Assembly: GCA_963575745.1 (NCBI GenBank)
Contig: CAUYUJ010000225.1
Span: forward strand, 1-64,000
Reading direction: 5' to 3'
DNA length: 64,000 nt
Source: Prorocentrum cordatum
Taxonomy: Eukaryota
Numbering within the stretch: the first letter of the stretch is position 1; each line of letters opens with the position of its first letter. Under the pieces are notes generated by a model that did no database searches, was not told the DNA's origin, and worked only from the letters and a program-made list of their open reading frames with translations. The position numbers and the translations under genes were made by a program. Below are positions 1 through 12,235 of the stretch, piece after piece.

Positions 1-243
1 GTGGGGCCGAGTCCACGCCAGTAGGGACAGGCATCGGTTAGACGATACTGAGCGCCCCATGTCGAACTGGCTGATGGCCTCACGGCAGCCGTCCGCCGCC
101 TCCCCCAGGTCGACATGGCAGAGCGCCAGGCTGTCCAGACAGGGCACGGCCAGCCGGAGGGGGAAGCTGGAGAGGCTGTGGCAGGTTGCGTGCAGCGCCT
201 TGCCGACCTTCTCGACGCGCTGGTCGAACTTCTGGTTCAATAC
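1..243 (-). CDS. Gene A exon 4 (3' boundary unknown; gene runs off window)
   Basis: Acceptor CTCAG|GTA at 244/243, in phase with exon 3; VLNQKFDQRVEKVGKALHATCHSLSSFPLRLAVPCLDSLALCHVDLGEAADGCREAISQFDMG; frame stays open to the window edge. Confidence 0.7.
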
Positions 244-422
244 CTGAGCGACGATAAGCATCGGGTCTTTCGCGACATGGCATGGCGACCTTACGCGGTG
301 GCTTGCGCGGGCCGCCAGCGCGTCGAGCCATATCGGCAACGAGGGTGCTCACGCGAGACCTCAGGCAGGACTCTTACGCGCCAACGTCGGTGAAGACGAC
401 CACACTCATCTGCGCCGCTCAC

Positions 423-977
423 CTGGCCGCAGCCTCCGAGGAGGAGCTGCTGAGCCTTGTCCAGGTGGAGGGCAACGGCCAGCTCGTGAATGTAGCTGTC
501 GACCTGCAGCTCCGTCTCCGAGAAAGACACTATCAGCCTCATCGGGAACAGGCTCACGAAGAAGGGCGTCAGGAAGGCGAGGAACCACGCGCACAGCACG
601 TAGTGCCGACTTCTTGCGAAGGAGGTCCAGTGGACCAGCGCCATGCCGAGGAGCAGCAGCGGCAGCAGCTCCATCGCGCAGACAACGATCTCGACATAAG
701 CGGCACCGCTCAACACCTCGGCGAGCACGCCCGCGAGCAGCGTGAGCAGCTTCTGCTCGGTGTACTGCAGGAAGCCGAAGCGCTCGGCACTGCTGGACAC
801 GAACGCCTGGTAATTCTGCATCTCAGGCCGGCGCGCCAGCGCGTCGAAATACAGACGGTGGCGCTTCGTCGAGGACAGGATGCAGCACTGCATCGTGTAA
901 TAAACGAGACCGACCGCGAGCAGCGCGCCGATGCAGATCCTTCGCCAGGCCAGAAAGTTTGCCAGCGTCGGAACGCC
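423..977 (-). CDS. Gene A exon 3 (several predicted TM helices)
   Basis: Acceptor CGAG|GGC after a pyrimidine-rich tract; GVPTLANFLAWRRICIGALLAVGLVYY...IVVCAMELLPLLLLGMALVHW...VLCAWFLAFLTPFFVSLFP...LLLGGCGQ; donor CAG|GTGAG at 422. Confidence 0.8.
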
Positions 978-1227
978 CTCGTTGGCGGCGGGGCCAGAGG
1001 GGAAATGAGAGGGGGCAAGCGCTCTCGGAAGGCGTCGGGGCTTCTCGGAAGCCACCCGGCTCTCTGAGAAGGCCGAGGAAACTTCACCGAAAGGCCGGGG
1101 GGGGGGCTTCCGAGAAACCCCACGGCCTTCTGAGAGGAGGAGGAGGAGGAGGAGGAGGAGGAGGAGGAGGGCCCCCTCCCGCTTCCCCTCTGGGCGCGCC
1201 GCCTGCCTCGGGAGCGACCTTCCGGAC

Positions 1228-1365
1228 CTCCATGCGCTCGGCGCGGGTGGCCAGCTGGCCCCGCACGAGGCGGTCCACGTGCCCGGGCTGCAGGAAGCTG
1301 CGCAGGGGCACCAGCAGGAAGCGCAGCCAGACCGCTCCGCCAGGGGGGGCTCGCCGCCAGAGCTC
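1228..1365 (-). CDS. Gene A exon 2
   Basis: Acceptor GGAG|GAG at 1366/1365; ELWRRAPPGGAVWLRFLLVPLRSFLQPGHVDRLVRGQLATRAERME; donor GAG|GTCCG at 1227; phase 0 at both ends. Confidence 0.65.
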
Positions 1366-1750
1366 CTCCGGGGGCGCAGAAGGACACACGGCGACCGATT
1401 GGATAAAGAAGTCCAGGGTCTGGAAGCCAGTGGGGCTCCCATCGTGGATTGGCCATGGATGCCACCGCTACCCTCATCAGATCAGGACCCCCCCAGGGCC
1501 TGAAGCCTCCTGGGCACATTCCTCGACGAACGCCCCCACCGGACTAATACTATGTGCCCACCTGGGGTGTGCGTGTCCGAACCGAACGTGTAGTACAAAC
1601 ATCTTGCAACAACGCATCGTCACCCAGGCGGTATGGCCACACAGCGCTGCTCGGACCGAGCATACACAACACGACTTCTGAGCTCACGCGTCGCCCCTGG
1701 GGGGGGGGGCGGCGCACACGTAGTAGAAGTGTTTGGGTGATGCCACCAAC

Positions 1751-2005
1751 CTTAGGCGAATCCGCGCCACTCTCTGAAGCGTGAATGATCGACGCGCTGC
1801 TCAGCTGGTCGCGGCTGATCTGACAGTTGCTCGACCGGCACTGCGAGGACCAGGACAGCCTGAGGAGCGACCACATCTGGTAGCACACAGCAGCCACCAC
1901 AACAGCTCCAGCAACGCACCAAGCCCACTGGACAAAGACGTGGCTACGGTCTGGATCCTTTGTCGATGCTGCCACAGAAAGCCAATCGATCCCTGTAGTA
2001 GCCAT
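1751..2005 (-). CDS. Gene A exon 1 (membrane protein of unknown function)
   Basis: ATG at 2005 in GGC-ATG-GCT context; MATTGIDWLSV...WAWCVAGAVVVAAVCYQMWSLL (hydrophobic helix)...DSPK ends at phase-0 donor AAG|GTTGG (1750). Confidence 0.65.
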
Positions 2006-2407
2006 GCCTTGCTGAACTTCGGGCAAACAACTATGCTGGATCCGAACGCCGTGACTACGGCATGTCAGGGCTGAACGCCTGTTGGCTCTCTTGTGGGCGG
2101 ATCACTCCCCTTCTTCTTATCTAGCCCTTCCGCTTCGAGAGACCAGTGAAGAACATCGAATTCCTGCACGCTGGCCAAGTGTCCCCGAGAAATGGCGACG
2201 TGACTCGCCCCCCACACAAACCCACCCTGACAAAAAAAACGGCGAAGCAACGCAAATATCCAGTGAACCTCTTCGAAAAAAACAGCGACGACGACACGTC
2301 AAAACACTTACTGGACAAGCAGAAAAAGCCAACGCATAGCATGTGGTGGCTTTCATGTGCGCGTAAAACGACGATGCAAAGCGCATGCCTCGAGAAATTG
2401 AATGAAA

Positions 2408-2454
2408 TGTGTGTGCGCGTGCGTGTGCGTGTGCGTGTGCGTTTGCGTTTGCGT

Positions 2455-2517
<63 letters not shown>
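2408..2517. repeat. (GT)n/(GTGTGC)n microsatellite
   Basis: Directly visible. Confidence 0.95.
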
Positions 2518-3455
2518 CTCAAATTTGCCATGGGAACACATGTGAACCCTGACACTGGGGCCTTCGGTGGCGCCCCCCATAAGGTCACGCGTCCCAAGGA
2601 GGCCCGCAAGCAAGCCGCGGTCCACATCATGCGCCCCAAAGAACGCCGAGTAATCCCGGAGAAAAAAACGTCGACGAAAGATCTGGCGAAGACTTCGTGC
2701 ATTCCCCGAGAGGACGGGGAATGGCGACGCCTGACCTCGAGGGGGTACCCACTGGAGTCTCCGCTGAGGGGGGTGATGTGGACGGGCAGCTAGGTACGTG
2801 CTATGGTTTTTCGAGGGCCAGCTGCATCATGCCCCACGGCGGGCCTAAGATCCATCAGAGGCCTCGAGATGTCCCTAATAATGCCGGTCAGGCCCCATGG
2901 GTCCCCAAGGAGCCGCCCACTGAGCCTTCTAGCAAGTCCCTGAGTCGACAATATCGCTGAACACGTGTTGCTTTCGCAGCCATCCCTGGCACTCCCCGTA
3001 TAAAAGACCTGCTGCTGTTGCTCGTCCTCCTCCTGAGGCAATGAGGCAATGACGGCAATGGAGTTCTCCAGACGCTGCCGCTATCCCCCCCCTCCTCCTC
3101 TTCGTCCTGCCGCTCCTCCTCCCTTCTCGCTTCTCCTGCCTTTTTTTTGGGTCAACTATCCTGTTGCTGGTGGGCCCTCATTGGGACTTGAACACCTGTT
3201 GCTCACCTTCTCCACCACCTCCCCTTGTGCTCCTGCCTTGCTCCTGCGCCTGCTCCCCCCCCATGCCCCGGGCGCTACCCAACACGCACCTCACGCCGCC
3301 GTCGTGCGCCGCCTCTGGCAGTCCAGCAGAGCGCGGTCTTGCGCAGGCCAAACGAGACCTCGCTCCATGAGTGCTGCCAGTCGTGCACCCGTCGCCACTT
3401 TCGGGCGCTCCTGGGGTGGTCAGCGGGGCGCGCTCCTAAGCAGACCAAGTGAGAC

Positions 3456-3571
3456 CTCGCACCCCTGGGCGCCACTGCCTGCACAACTGTCGCCACTTTC
3501 TTGCGCCCCTGATGAGTCCAGCGGAGTGCTGTCCTTCTTTCGCAAGCCAGTGATGAGTGGATTGCACGTCC
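3456..3571 (-). CDS. Candidate downstream exon of the PAN/Apple-like gene
   Basis: CCCAG|GG acceptor in phase 1 matches the phase-1 donor at 6306; (G)TCNPLITGLRKKDSTPLDSSGAQESGDSCAGSGAQGCE; donor GAG|GTCTC. Confidence 0.3.
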
Positions 3572-3616
3572 CTGGGTATTTGCTCCCAGTGTGAATCCGC
3601 AGCGCCGCGCCCAACC

Positions 3617-3978
3617 TCACCTCCTCCTCCTCCTCCTCCTCTTCCTCCTCCTCCTCCTCTTCATCCTCCATTTCCTCCTCCCCCTCCTCCTCCTCGTCCT
3701 CGTCCTCCTCCTCCTCCTCCTCCTCCTCCTCCTCCTCCTCCTCCTCCTCCTCCTCCCCCTCCTCCGCCTCCCTCCCCCCTCCCTCCCTCTAATCCTTTTC
3801 ATGAGCATCGTCCTCCTCCTCATCATCATCAGCATCAGCACCATCATCGGCATCAGCACCAACATCAACATCATCCTCATCCTCATCCACTTCAACATCT
3901 TCCTCTTTCTCTGCACCACCAGCAGCCCCGTCATCACCACCACCGTCAGCATCACCAGCATCATAATCGTCATCCTCA

Positions 3979-4019
<41 letters not shown>

Positions 4020-4097
4020 GCATCATCAGCATCATCATCATCATCATCATCATCAGCATCATCGTCACCACCACCGCCACCATCGTCAGCATCATCG

Positions 4098-4143
<46 letters not shown>

Positions 4144-4315
4144 TATCACCAACATCACCACCCTCACCATAATAATCAGTATCCTTCTCCTCGCCTCCTC
4201 CTCTTCTTCCTCCTCCTCCTCATCATCACCATCAGCGTCATCATCATCAGCAGCATCATCATCATCGTCATCATCACCACCAAAATCAACATCACCATCG
4301 TCAGCATGATCATCG

Positions 4316-4364
<49 letters not shown>

Positions 4365-4820
4365 TACCACCATCGTCACCCTCGGCATCGTCATCACTAT
4401 CATCACCGTCGTAACCCACCAGTATCATCGTTGCCCCCTGGCATCACCATCGCCTCCATCAACATCCTCATCATCGGTGCTGCCATCACTACAAGCGTCG
4501 GTGTCATAGTCCTTGCAATCCTCGTCCTCAATATTAACGTCATCATTGTCATCATCATCATCACCATCATCAGCATGATTATCATAACCATCATCAGCAT
4601 CATCATCAGCATCATCACCTGCTTCATCTTCATCACCGCCATCATCACCAGCATCACAATCATCGTGAATCACCATTATCTTCGGTACCCCCTATGTATC
4701 ATCGCCATCCTCTCCATCAACACTCTCATCATCTTTATTGCAATCACCACAGGCATCAGTCAGTATCATGTTCCTTGCCATCCTCGTCCTCAAAATCGTT
4801 ATCACCATCATCATAATTAC
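3617..4820. repeat. Compound (CCT)n then (CAT)n microsatellite
   Basis: Directly visible; becomes more degenerate toward the 3' end. Confidence 0.95.
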
Positions 4821-4829
4821 TGATCAGCA

Positions 4830-5760
4830 GTCGCAGTTCGGCACGCCCGTCCCATGCTTCGTGGCCCCATCGGGAGCTCCATCGAGACCCCCCAGCGATT
4901 GAGTCCACATGTCGCCGACCAGCTCATTGCGGCCCACTCCACACCCTCCGTAAGGAGCCCCGCCGAAGGCCCCAATGGCAAACTCCGCACGTCGCCGCCC
5001 TGGCAATGTGGGCACACCCCTCATACGCTGGCACGTTGGCCCCAGCAAATTCGCATGGTGTCGCCCCGCCCATGTCGGAACACCTATCACACGTTTCGTG
5101 GCCCCATAAGGGGCTCCACCGACGGCACCTGTGGGCGTGCTCGCATGGCGTCGCTCCGCCCATTTCGGCCCACTCACACCCCGTAGGGAGCTTCACCCAA
5201 TGCCCCACCCATTCTGCACACACTCACACACTTCGTGGCCCATAGGGAGCTCCACCGAAGACCCAAGTGGGCATGTTTACATGGCGTCTCCCCGCCCATT
5301 TCGGCGCACCCCTCGCCCGCTTCGTGGCCATGTAGGGGACCTCAACGAATGCCCAAGCGGGTATGTTCGCATGGCGTCGCGAAGCCCATTTCGGGACACC
5401 CCCCCAAGGCCCCCGTGGGCATGTTCGCACAGCATCGCCCCGCCCATTCCGGCACACCCCTCACACGCTTCGTGGTCCCTACAGGGAGCATCATTGAAGG
5501 CCCAAGTGGGCACGTTCGCATGGCGTCGCCCCGCCCATTCTGGCCTACCCCTCACACGTTTCGTGGCTCCATCGGGATTTCCACCGAAGGCCCAGGTGGG
5601 CATATTCGCATGGCGTCGCCCCGCCGATTTCGGCACAACCCTCACACATCTCGTTGCCCCGTAGGGATCTCCACCCACGGTCGCAGTGTGCGCGACCGCA
5701 TGACGCCTCCGCTTCGTTTCGGCGCACCCCTCACACGCTTCGTGGCCCCCATCCGCTCTG
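4830..5760 (+). repeat. Degenerate ~90-bp tandem satellite (cgcttcgtggccccatagggagctccaccgaaggccc...cgcatggcgtcgccccgcccatttcggcacacccctcaca)
   Basis: About 8-10 recognisable diverged units; a related array lies at 34680-35420 and an inverted fragment near 2550-2595. Confidence 0.85.
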
Positions 5761-6305
5761 TCCACGGCTCCATCCCTTTCGCCGCACCTTACAGGCCTCG
5801 GAAAAAATTAGCGAACACTCATGCCACATTCATCTGTGAACGCCTCCCCCTTCCCCCAATGTTCAAAGTTGGCGGTGGGTCTGATGAGTTGCACCTCGAC
5901 CGCAGTCTCTCCCCCGCGTGCCAACTTTGAGTTTTGGGGGCAGGAGGGGTGTTCACTAATTGTTTCCCTCTACCGTATTTATGGGGAGAGGGTCATGTCC
6001 TGCGTTGCTTGCAGCTGAATCGGGTTGGGTCGTTCGCCAGGCTTACATCTTAGCATCCTAAACTTTTCAGCGCAGGATGGTCTCAGGACGGCGTGGCAGA
6101 AGGCAAAGAAGGTCCCAGAAAGCCCCGATACGCCCCAAGACGGCCCGAGTAGGCTCCGGCCTCCAAGAATCCCCACGGAGCCCCCAAGAGAGATATAGAG
6201 AGAGATCTCAAAAGCAATTCAAAGTTACGACCACGCCACGCTACCACATCGTTGCGCTGTTTCACAGATGGCCCTGGGATGGAAGGCTCGATCTAGTTAT
6301 CTTGC

Positions 6306-6915
6306 CTGCAAGACGATGCTGCGCTGGCACGAAGGTGGATTTCGCCACAGGCAACTGGATAAACTCTCCAGCGAGCATACTATTGGCAAATGTAGTGTTG
6401 TATCGGGCGGCGCCATCTTGAGACGCTGTCAGCGGATACGTGACAGAGTAGCCTCGGTCTTCCGCGAAGCAGCCCTCCTTGCCGTACTGCCAGAACTGGC
6501 AGTGCAGGTTAGAGTAGCACCAGGCCCTGCAGTTCTCGAGGCCCAGCGTGGCATTCCCGCTGCCCCACGCGGTGTCGCCGATCTTGCGCAGGCCCCTGAT
6601 CTCCCAGCCGCGCAGAGCCATGAGCACCTCGACCTCGCCGTGCAGAAGGCGCTGGGACCCCAGCGTGAGCAGGTCTGCGCCGCCCACGTCCCCGCAACGC
6701 TCGCCCACGCCCTGAGAGCACTGGGTCATCAGGTTGTACTTCCAGACGCTGCACAGCGGGTCCTGGGCGCACGCCTCGTGGCAGTCAAGGGCGTTGATGG
6801 CCGAGGTGCGGGACAGGCCCTGGCAAGCCCCGGGCCAGCCCAGGCTCACGTCCTGCAGCACCCTGGCCTGCCTCCAGCAGCTCGCCGGCGCGCCGTCGGC
6901 GCGCCGCGGCCACGC
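6306..6915 (-). CDS. Exon encoding two Cys-rich PAN/Apple-like modules (probably extracellular protein)
   Basis: Acceptor CTCGAG|GCG; two copies of a C-x3-C-x5-C-x2-W-x-Y-x4/5-C motif (CHEACAQDPLCSVWKYNLMTQC; CRAWCYSNLHCQFWQYGKEGC); N-glycosylation sequons NAT and NTT; probable GC donor GCAG|GCAAG at 6305, otherwise the frame reads on to a stop at 6262. Confidence 0.75.
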
Positions 6916-7831
6916 CTCGAGTGGCGCGGGCTGGCGCCCCGACGGCCACGCCGCGTGGCTGTCCGCGGCCGTCTCGCCCGGGAAGCCGGGGCCCGGCCGC
7001 TCGCCTGGGTGGCGACACCCGAGCCCTGCCTCCGAGTTCCGTGGCAAGCGTGGGGGGGGCGTCATCCCCGCCGACAGCCCCGCATCGACCCCCGTCGCAG
7101 GCAGCCACCGCGCGCCGAAGGCGCTCCGACCCCCATCGCGGCGCGACGACGAGGCGAGGTGGACCCTCGTCGGGGGGTACCCCCCTGCGCTTATCAAGAA
7201 ACCCGGAATACCCCCACCAGCCACCGACTCTCCTGAAACGATGGGACGCGGTGCTCGACGAATTCCGAACTCGTGCTCGACGAATTCCGAACCCGGTCCC
7301 CGCCGCCCATCGAGTTGCCTGGAAATCGTTGATCGGCGAGGAAAGGGCTCGGGCTTCGCTAAGAAGCTTGTCGGGTCAACACGAGACCGAGTCGGCCAGG
7401 GCCCTGTCGTGAAGCCCAGCCGGGCGCCCAGTAGCTCCCAAACCCGGGCCAGCCGAGGTCGAAAGGGGGGCAGTCCAAACCCCGCGAAAGGCCGCAGGAG
7501 ACGCTTGCAAGGACGCCTGAAGGTAAAGAGCTCCTGGGCTACCCTGCGCTGCTGGCTTCGAACTCCGAGGCCCTCTTAGTTCTCGGAGAGCTATCTGGCA
7601 ATCGGCCCCACGTGGCCCCCCCAAACCCGGGCCAGCCCAGAGGGGATTGGCTGCCCCAGGTTAGCGTTAGGTCGGGCATGTCCCCCTACAGGCGGATTTC
7701 GGATGCGAAATCACGGGTACTCCAAGAACGATCAAACACAGACGAACCAAGACCATCTCGACACATCGCCCCCCAGACTGTTCTTGGACTGTTCTGGAAT
7801 ATTCCTCCTGCAGAGGGACACGCCCGACTTA

Positions 7832-8005
7832 CAGTCGGGGCGCTGAAGAAGGAACACTTTCCGTTGGGGAGGGGCTCGGTGTTCCTTGATTGTTTCACAT
7901 CTTGCATCAGGTGTTCCTTATGTTTTCGATGGGAATCGAAGTTTAACTTATGGAAAAAAGGGACATCGTTCCTTCTTTAGGGTTCCTTAGGTCAACGCCC
8001 CGACT
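7832..8005. mobile_element. MITE family 1, copy a (Tc1/mariner-pogo-like, TA target)
   Basis: TA-CAGTCGGGGCG...CGCCCCGACT-TA termini; internal sequence aligns in reverse with 22199-22374. Confidence 0.8.
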
Positions 8006-8064
8006 TATCGTCAGCGCTGACCTCCCCTTGCGTGAGCCCCGTTGCGTGGGCCCCGGCCGCTCAC

Positions 8065-8182
8065 CGGCGGACACCGCGAGCGCACCGCGGGCGGCGGGCG
8101 CGGCGGCGGCCACCGCCCCGGAGGTCCGCTTGTGGGCCTCCGGCTGCGCGGCCCCCTCTGCGGCGGGCCACTTGCCCAGGAC
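8065..8182 (-). CDS. Candidate exon (VLGKWPAAEGAAQPEAHKRTSGAVAAAAPAARGALAVSA)
   Basis: Strong splice signals TTTTTGCCGCACCAG|GTC and GCCG|GTGAG; lies upstream of the PAN-like exon, but the phase does not join directly. Confidence 0.4.
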
Positions 8183-9309
8183 CTGGTGCGGCAAAAAGGT
8201 ACAGGTCCTCCTCCTCCTCCTCCTCCTCCTGCTCCTCCTCCTCCTCCTCCTCCGTCTCCTCCTCCTCCTCCTCCTCCCCCTCCTCCTCCTCCTCCTCCTC
8301 CTCCTCCTTCTCTTCCTGTACGGAGGCCGCTGCTCCCCAGACGTCCCTCTGGGCGCCTTCCGACCAGAACCTCGAGGCGACCCCGGCTGTCGCAAGGAGG
8401 GACAGATAGCGGTATCGGCATCGCTAGGGCGCGCGCCGGTGTCAGCAACAGTCATGCATAACTTACACGTGACCGGCCATGAACGCCAAACGTCTTCTGG
8501 ATGCCATACGTGCACCCGCACGCAAAACTGTTGTCTGAACTCCGAGGGTTTGCGGGATGCCAAACTCCAAGCTTCACCTTTGGGAAACAATCAAACACAA
8601 TATTGTAGACAGCGACGCGTGGTACGCGCCGTGTAGCATATGACGGCCGCAGTTCCGCCTGCCGTCGCGCGATTGTGAACCTTCGTATGGGTTATGATGA
8701 GCATGAGCATGCGCGCGGATTACATGTATTGTTGCGTGTGCTTGCTTGTTTGTTTGCGAGTTTCGGCGTTCGCTTGCTTCATGGCGTTCGCCCACGGATC
8801 CCCCGGAGCCCAACGCAGCCCAATGGGGTCTTATGGCCCAGCCCCTCGGGATTCCTACGGAACCCTACGGGGTCAAACAGAGCCACATGGAATCGAATGG
8901 GGCCCGATGTAGAAGATACAATCATGGCGCGCCGACGGAGCCTGGGTGCACGAGGAGGTCTAGAGCAACAACCACGGAATGACCCGAGGAACAGCGAGCC
9001 CCTTCAGAACCCAAAGCGGTCCTTATTTCAGCGTCTTGACTGAGGTCCCTTTGAACCCAAGGGGCTCCCATGGGTATTCCAGGAGAGTCCCATGGAGCCC
9101 AGCGGTGTATTCCAACTGGATCCCAATGTACCTCAATAGTGGATCGAGGATCGAGGAGGAGGAGGTGGAGGATGATCGATGAGAAGGAGGAGGACCAATG
9201 CAAACCCAAGACTCATCAACGATGTCAGAGTACACCTTCCCTCCGAGCTCCCTCTTCATAGGCACCTGCAAAGTTTCATTTCTCCACTGAGGGAAGTGCC
9301 CTGTAGGTG

Positions 9310-9900
9310 GACAACCGTTTGAAAATCCTGAAGCGTGCCAAGACACGATCCTCAGGACTTCAACGCCACGAGTTAATCTAACCGCTCCGCCTTGGCGATC
9401 CTGATTCGTGCCAGAACACCATTCCTAGGACTTCAACGCCGCGAATCAGCGTAACTGTTGTGCCCTGTCAATCATGAGCCGTTCCCGAACACCGTCTCTG
9501 GTAGATTAACCATGGAAACCATTGAAACTCTTGCAATGTGTTTAAAACAAATGTTCGTGGCGCTAGAGCGAGAACCACATTTTGAAAACGATCCACCCTC
9601 AACCCGTGAACCTCGTGCAACTTAAAAGACGAATAATGTGCGCGGCGCTATGGCGAGAACCACGTTTTGACAACCACTCACCCTCAACCCGTGAAAGTCT
9701 TGCAAATGTTTCAAATGACCACCCGCCGTCAATACGTGAAACCCTTCCAGATGTTGAGATTGAATGTGCGCGGCGCGAAGGCGAGAACCACATTTTGAAA
9801 ACGAACCGCCGCCAACCCGTGAAGCTCTTACAATGTGCTTCAACGAGTGTACGCGGAGCAAGCGAGAACCACATTTTGAAAACGAGCCGCCCTCAATCCG
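9310..9900 (+). repeat. Degenerate tandem satellite (gcgagaaccacattttgaaaacga...caacccgtgaa; ggacttcaacgcc)
   Basis: GCGAGAACCAC(A/G)TTTTGA recurs at about 9568, 9653, 9782 and 9862. Confidence 0.8.
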
Positions 9901-9989
9901 TAGCCTCTCGCCCTGGATGCGCCGGAACGGCGGAACGCGGACCAGCGAGCGGCCCGAAGGAGCCCTGGACGGCCCGCAGTGGGAGCGCG

Positions 9990-10430
9990 AGGGGTCCCAG
10001 ATGGCCGCGAGGGGTTCCCGTTGGCCACGTTCGCGGGGAAGCTGTTCCGGTCGGGTTGCGGATGCGGAGTGCCTGCCGGCCGCGCAGCATCCGGCCCCGG
10101 ACGGCTGGTGCCCGAATGCGTGCGACTTGGAAGGTCCTCAGGCGGAAGGGCGTGCTGGTGGTGCCCGTGGATCTTGTGCGAGTGCGGCTTGGGCCCCGCG
10201 GACGACGAAAGCGCGCGGTACCGCAAGCGGTCGTGACTGATCACGTGCGTTCAGGGATTGCAGAAGGTCACGGGGAGGTGCCAGGGGCGTCACGCCCACG
10301 CGGACCTCAAGGGGGTCGACATGATCACAGGCCACAAGAGGACTGCGGACGCGGGCAGGTACGTCCCCAAGCTCCTCGAGCGCGTGGTGGACTCTGTGAT
10401 CGTGGAGGCTCTGGACCTGGGAGCGCACGT
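9990..10430 (+). pseudogene. C5 DNA-methyltransferase-like remnant 1
   Basis: Across frameshifts: QHP...W...VVPVDL-CECGLGP...RYRKRS*LIT...RCQGRHAHADLKG...RTADAGRYVPKL, matching from memory the (E)NP..W..D.C.YG..RK.T..C..H.H..L.G..A..YP pattern of dinoflagellate retroelement MTase-like domains. Confidence 0.5.
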
Positions 10431-11149
10431 GGCGGGCGTCCAGAGATGTGGTGGTGGGCGGGAGAAGCCACTCCTTCACTCAATTCGCGCTGGTAGAGGA
10501 GGCTGAGGAGGTTGAAGTGGCTGCAGAGGAGAAGGAGAGAGCCGAGGAGCCGAGGAGGTCGAGGCGGCAGGAGGCGGCGGTGGAAGAAGCAACGCCTCCC
10601 CCCTCCACCCGGCGAGTCCGGGAGCGCGGTTGGGTCCGAGCTCGGCCGTGCGGCGAGGGGGGGGAGCAGGAAAGAGGAACGGGAGAGAACCGCGAGGCGG
10701 GGGCTCCAGCGAGGGGCCACAGCCAGGAGTGCCCCCCATGCAGGAGAGCGGCGCAGGCGGGGGACCACCTGGCATTCCCTACTGGCGCAACGCAGCGGAG
10801 GCGAGGACGAAAGCGAGCCGAAGAGTGCCAGACGTCCCCACAGTGGAGGCCCGACCGCAAGAGACCTTCCACAAGAAACCCAACCCCGAGACCCCAGGAT
10901 GTCCATTGATTTCTGGCGTGGGAACGTCACGCTCAAACCCAAGAAACCCAGGGCACACTGGAGGCAAGCTCGGTGTTTCTCGGCATGGGCCTCCACTGTG
11001 AGGCCCCACCGCTCTCCATCCGACCACCCCCGAAGCCCGCGCTCCCCATCAAGGCCCCCCGGCATCCCGTCGCCACCCCTCCAGAGCTGCGGCCAGCGGC
11101 GGCGGTGGAGGCGAGGGCGGAGGAGCGGCGCGCGGGGGAGGGCGCGGCG

Positions 11150-11950
11150 GCGAAGGCCGCAGGTGAGCTCTGGACGAAGGCGGAGCCATCGCCAGACTGC
11201 GAGTTTGTGAGCTTCGGGAAGGCGGTCGAGTTGGGAGTCTCCCTCCTGGAAGCTGCCGGAGGATGGCGGCCGGCCTCAGGAACCTTGCGGCGGGTGTGGG
11301 AGGAACGGCACGGCGACCACTTGGGAAGTGTCCACCGCGCGAAATTCGACGCGACGATCAAGCCGGAGCTTCTCGGGTACATGCGAGAGTCGCGAGCCAG
11401 GGAGTGCTCGTGAGACACGGAGGAGAGCCTGTCAGGGTGAGGGCCAAACCACACGGGTCGGCGGCGGAGCACCAGGAGGAGGCGAGGAAGAGGGTCTGGG
11501 ACGAGGTGGTGAAGGGGCGGGCCTGGCTGGCGAGATCGAACCACAAGGGCCTCGAGGAGATCATGGAGTTGCCCCAGGGGAGGGTTCCCAAGAAGTTGCC
11601 AGATCGCAAAGTTGCGCCGGATGGGCGACTCATCAACGATGTGCGGGAGGCTAACCGAGGGTGCGTCAAAACGCAGCACCCACACGCGAAGTGGCTGGGG
11701 CACCAGAGGGTGGCGAGGCAAGTGCTGTGGTGGAGGTGCCCATGCGCGAAGGTTCGGGTGCTGCTGGCCAAACGGATCTTCGCCTCGGCGTTCAAGCTGC
11801 TCTGGGTGGAGACGTCGGGGTCATCCGACTCCTGAACTACATGGAGGACAAATGGCATTTCCACGATCTTGGCGGCGCCGTGCCTCTGGACGTGCAGCAA
11901 CGAGATGGCGGACATGGTGACGCGCGCCACGGAGGAGGAGGTCGAGGCTA
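11150..11950 (+). pseudogene. DIRS-type RT N-terminus fused by deletion to an RNase H C-terminus
   Basis: RVRAKPHGS...PQGRVPKKLPDRKVAPDGRLINDVREAN...QHP...VARQVLWW...LLAKRIFASAFKLLWV, then directly RLLNYMEDKW...WTCSNEMADMVTR (RNase H N-x2-AD-x2-[ST]R motif); no YxDD between them. Confidence 0.7.
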
Positions 11951-12231
11951 CAACCCTCGTCAAAATCGAACTCAAAAACGCCTTTACCCCCCTTCAATGT
12001 CGACCCCTCCACTGTCGAAGGAAGCCGAGACATGCTCTGGCACCGCGTGGATCCTTCAACTTTGCATGGTAACAGCTGTGCGAAAATTCAGATCGTGCAC
12101 ATCGTCCGACTCCGGACCACTGGCGTCGTCCAACCTTGAACGCCCGCGCTGGGGTCGCTGCCGCGTCGACGCGACACGAACCTACCGTAAGATACGTAAC
12201 GCACTTTTGAATTTAATTTTGTCGACGGTTG
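11951..12231. mobile_element. MITE family 2 (281 bp, TA target-site duplication)
   Basis: TIR CAACCCTCGTCAAAATCGAACTCAAAA versus reverse complement of the right end CAACCGTCGACAAAATTAAATTCAAAA; flanked by TA at 11949-50 and 12232-33; removal restores the in-frame peptide EVEARMEREGF. Confidence 0.9.
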
Positions 12232-12235
12232 TAGG

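Noticed and set aside
6268..7236. + strand 322-aa ORF (likewise 282-1067 and 31516-32946)
   Set aside because: These are antisense shadows of minus-strand coding sequence.
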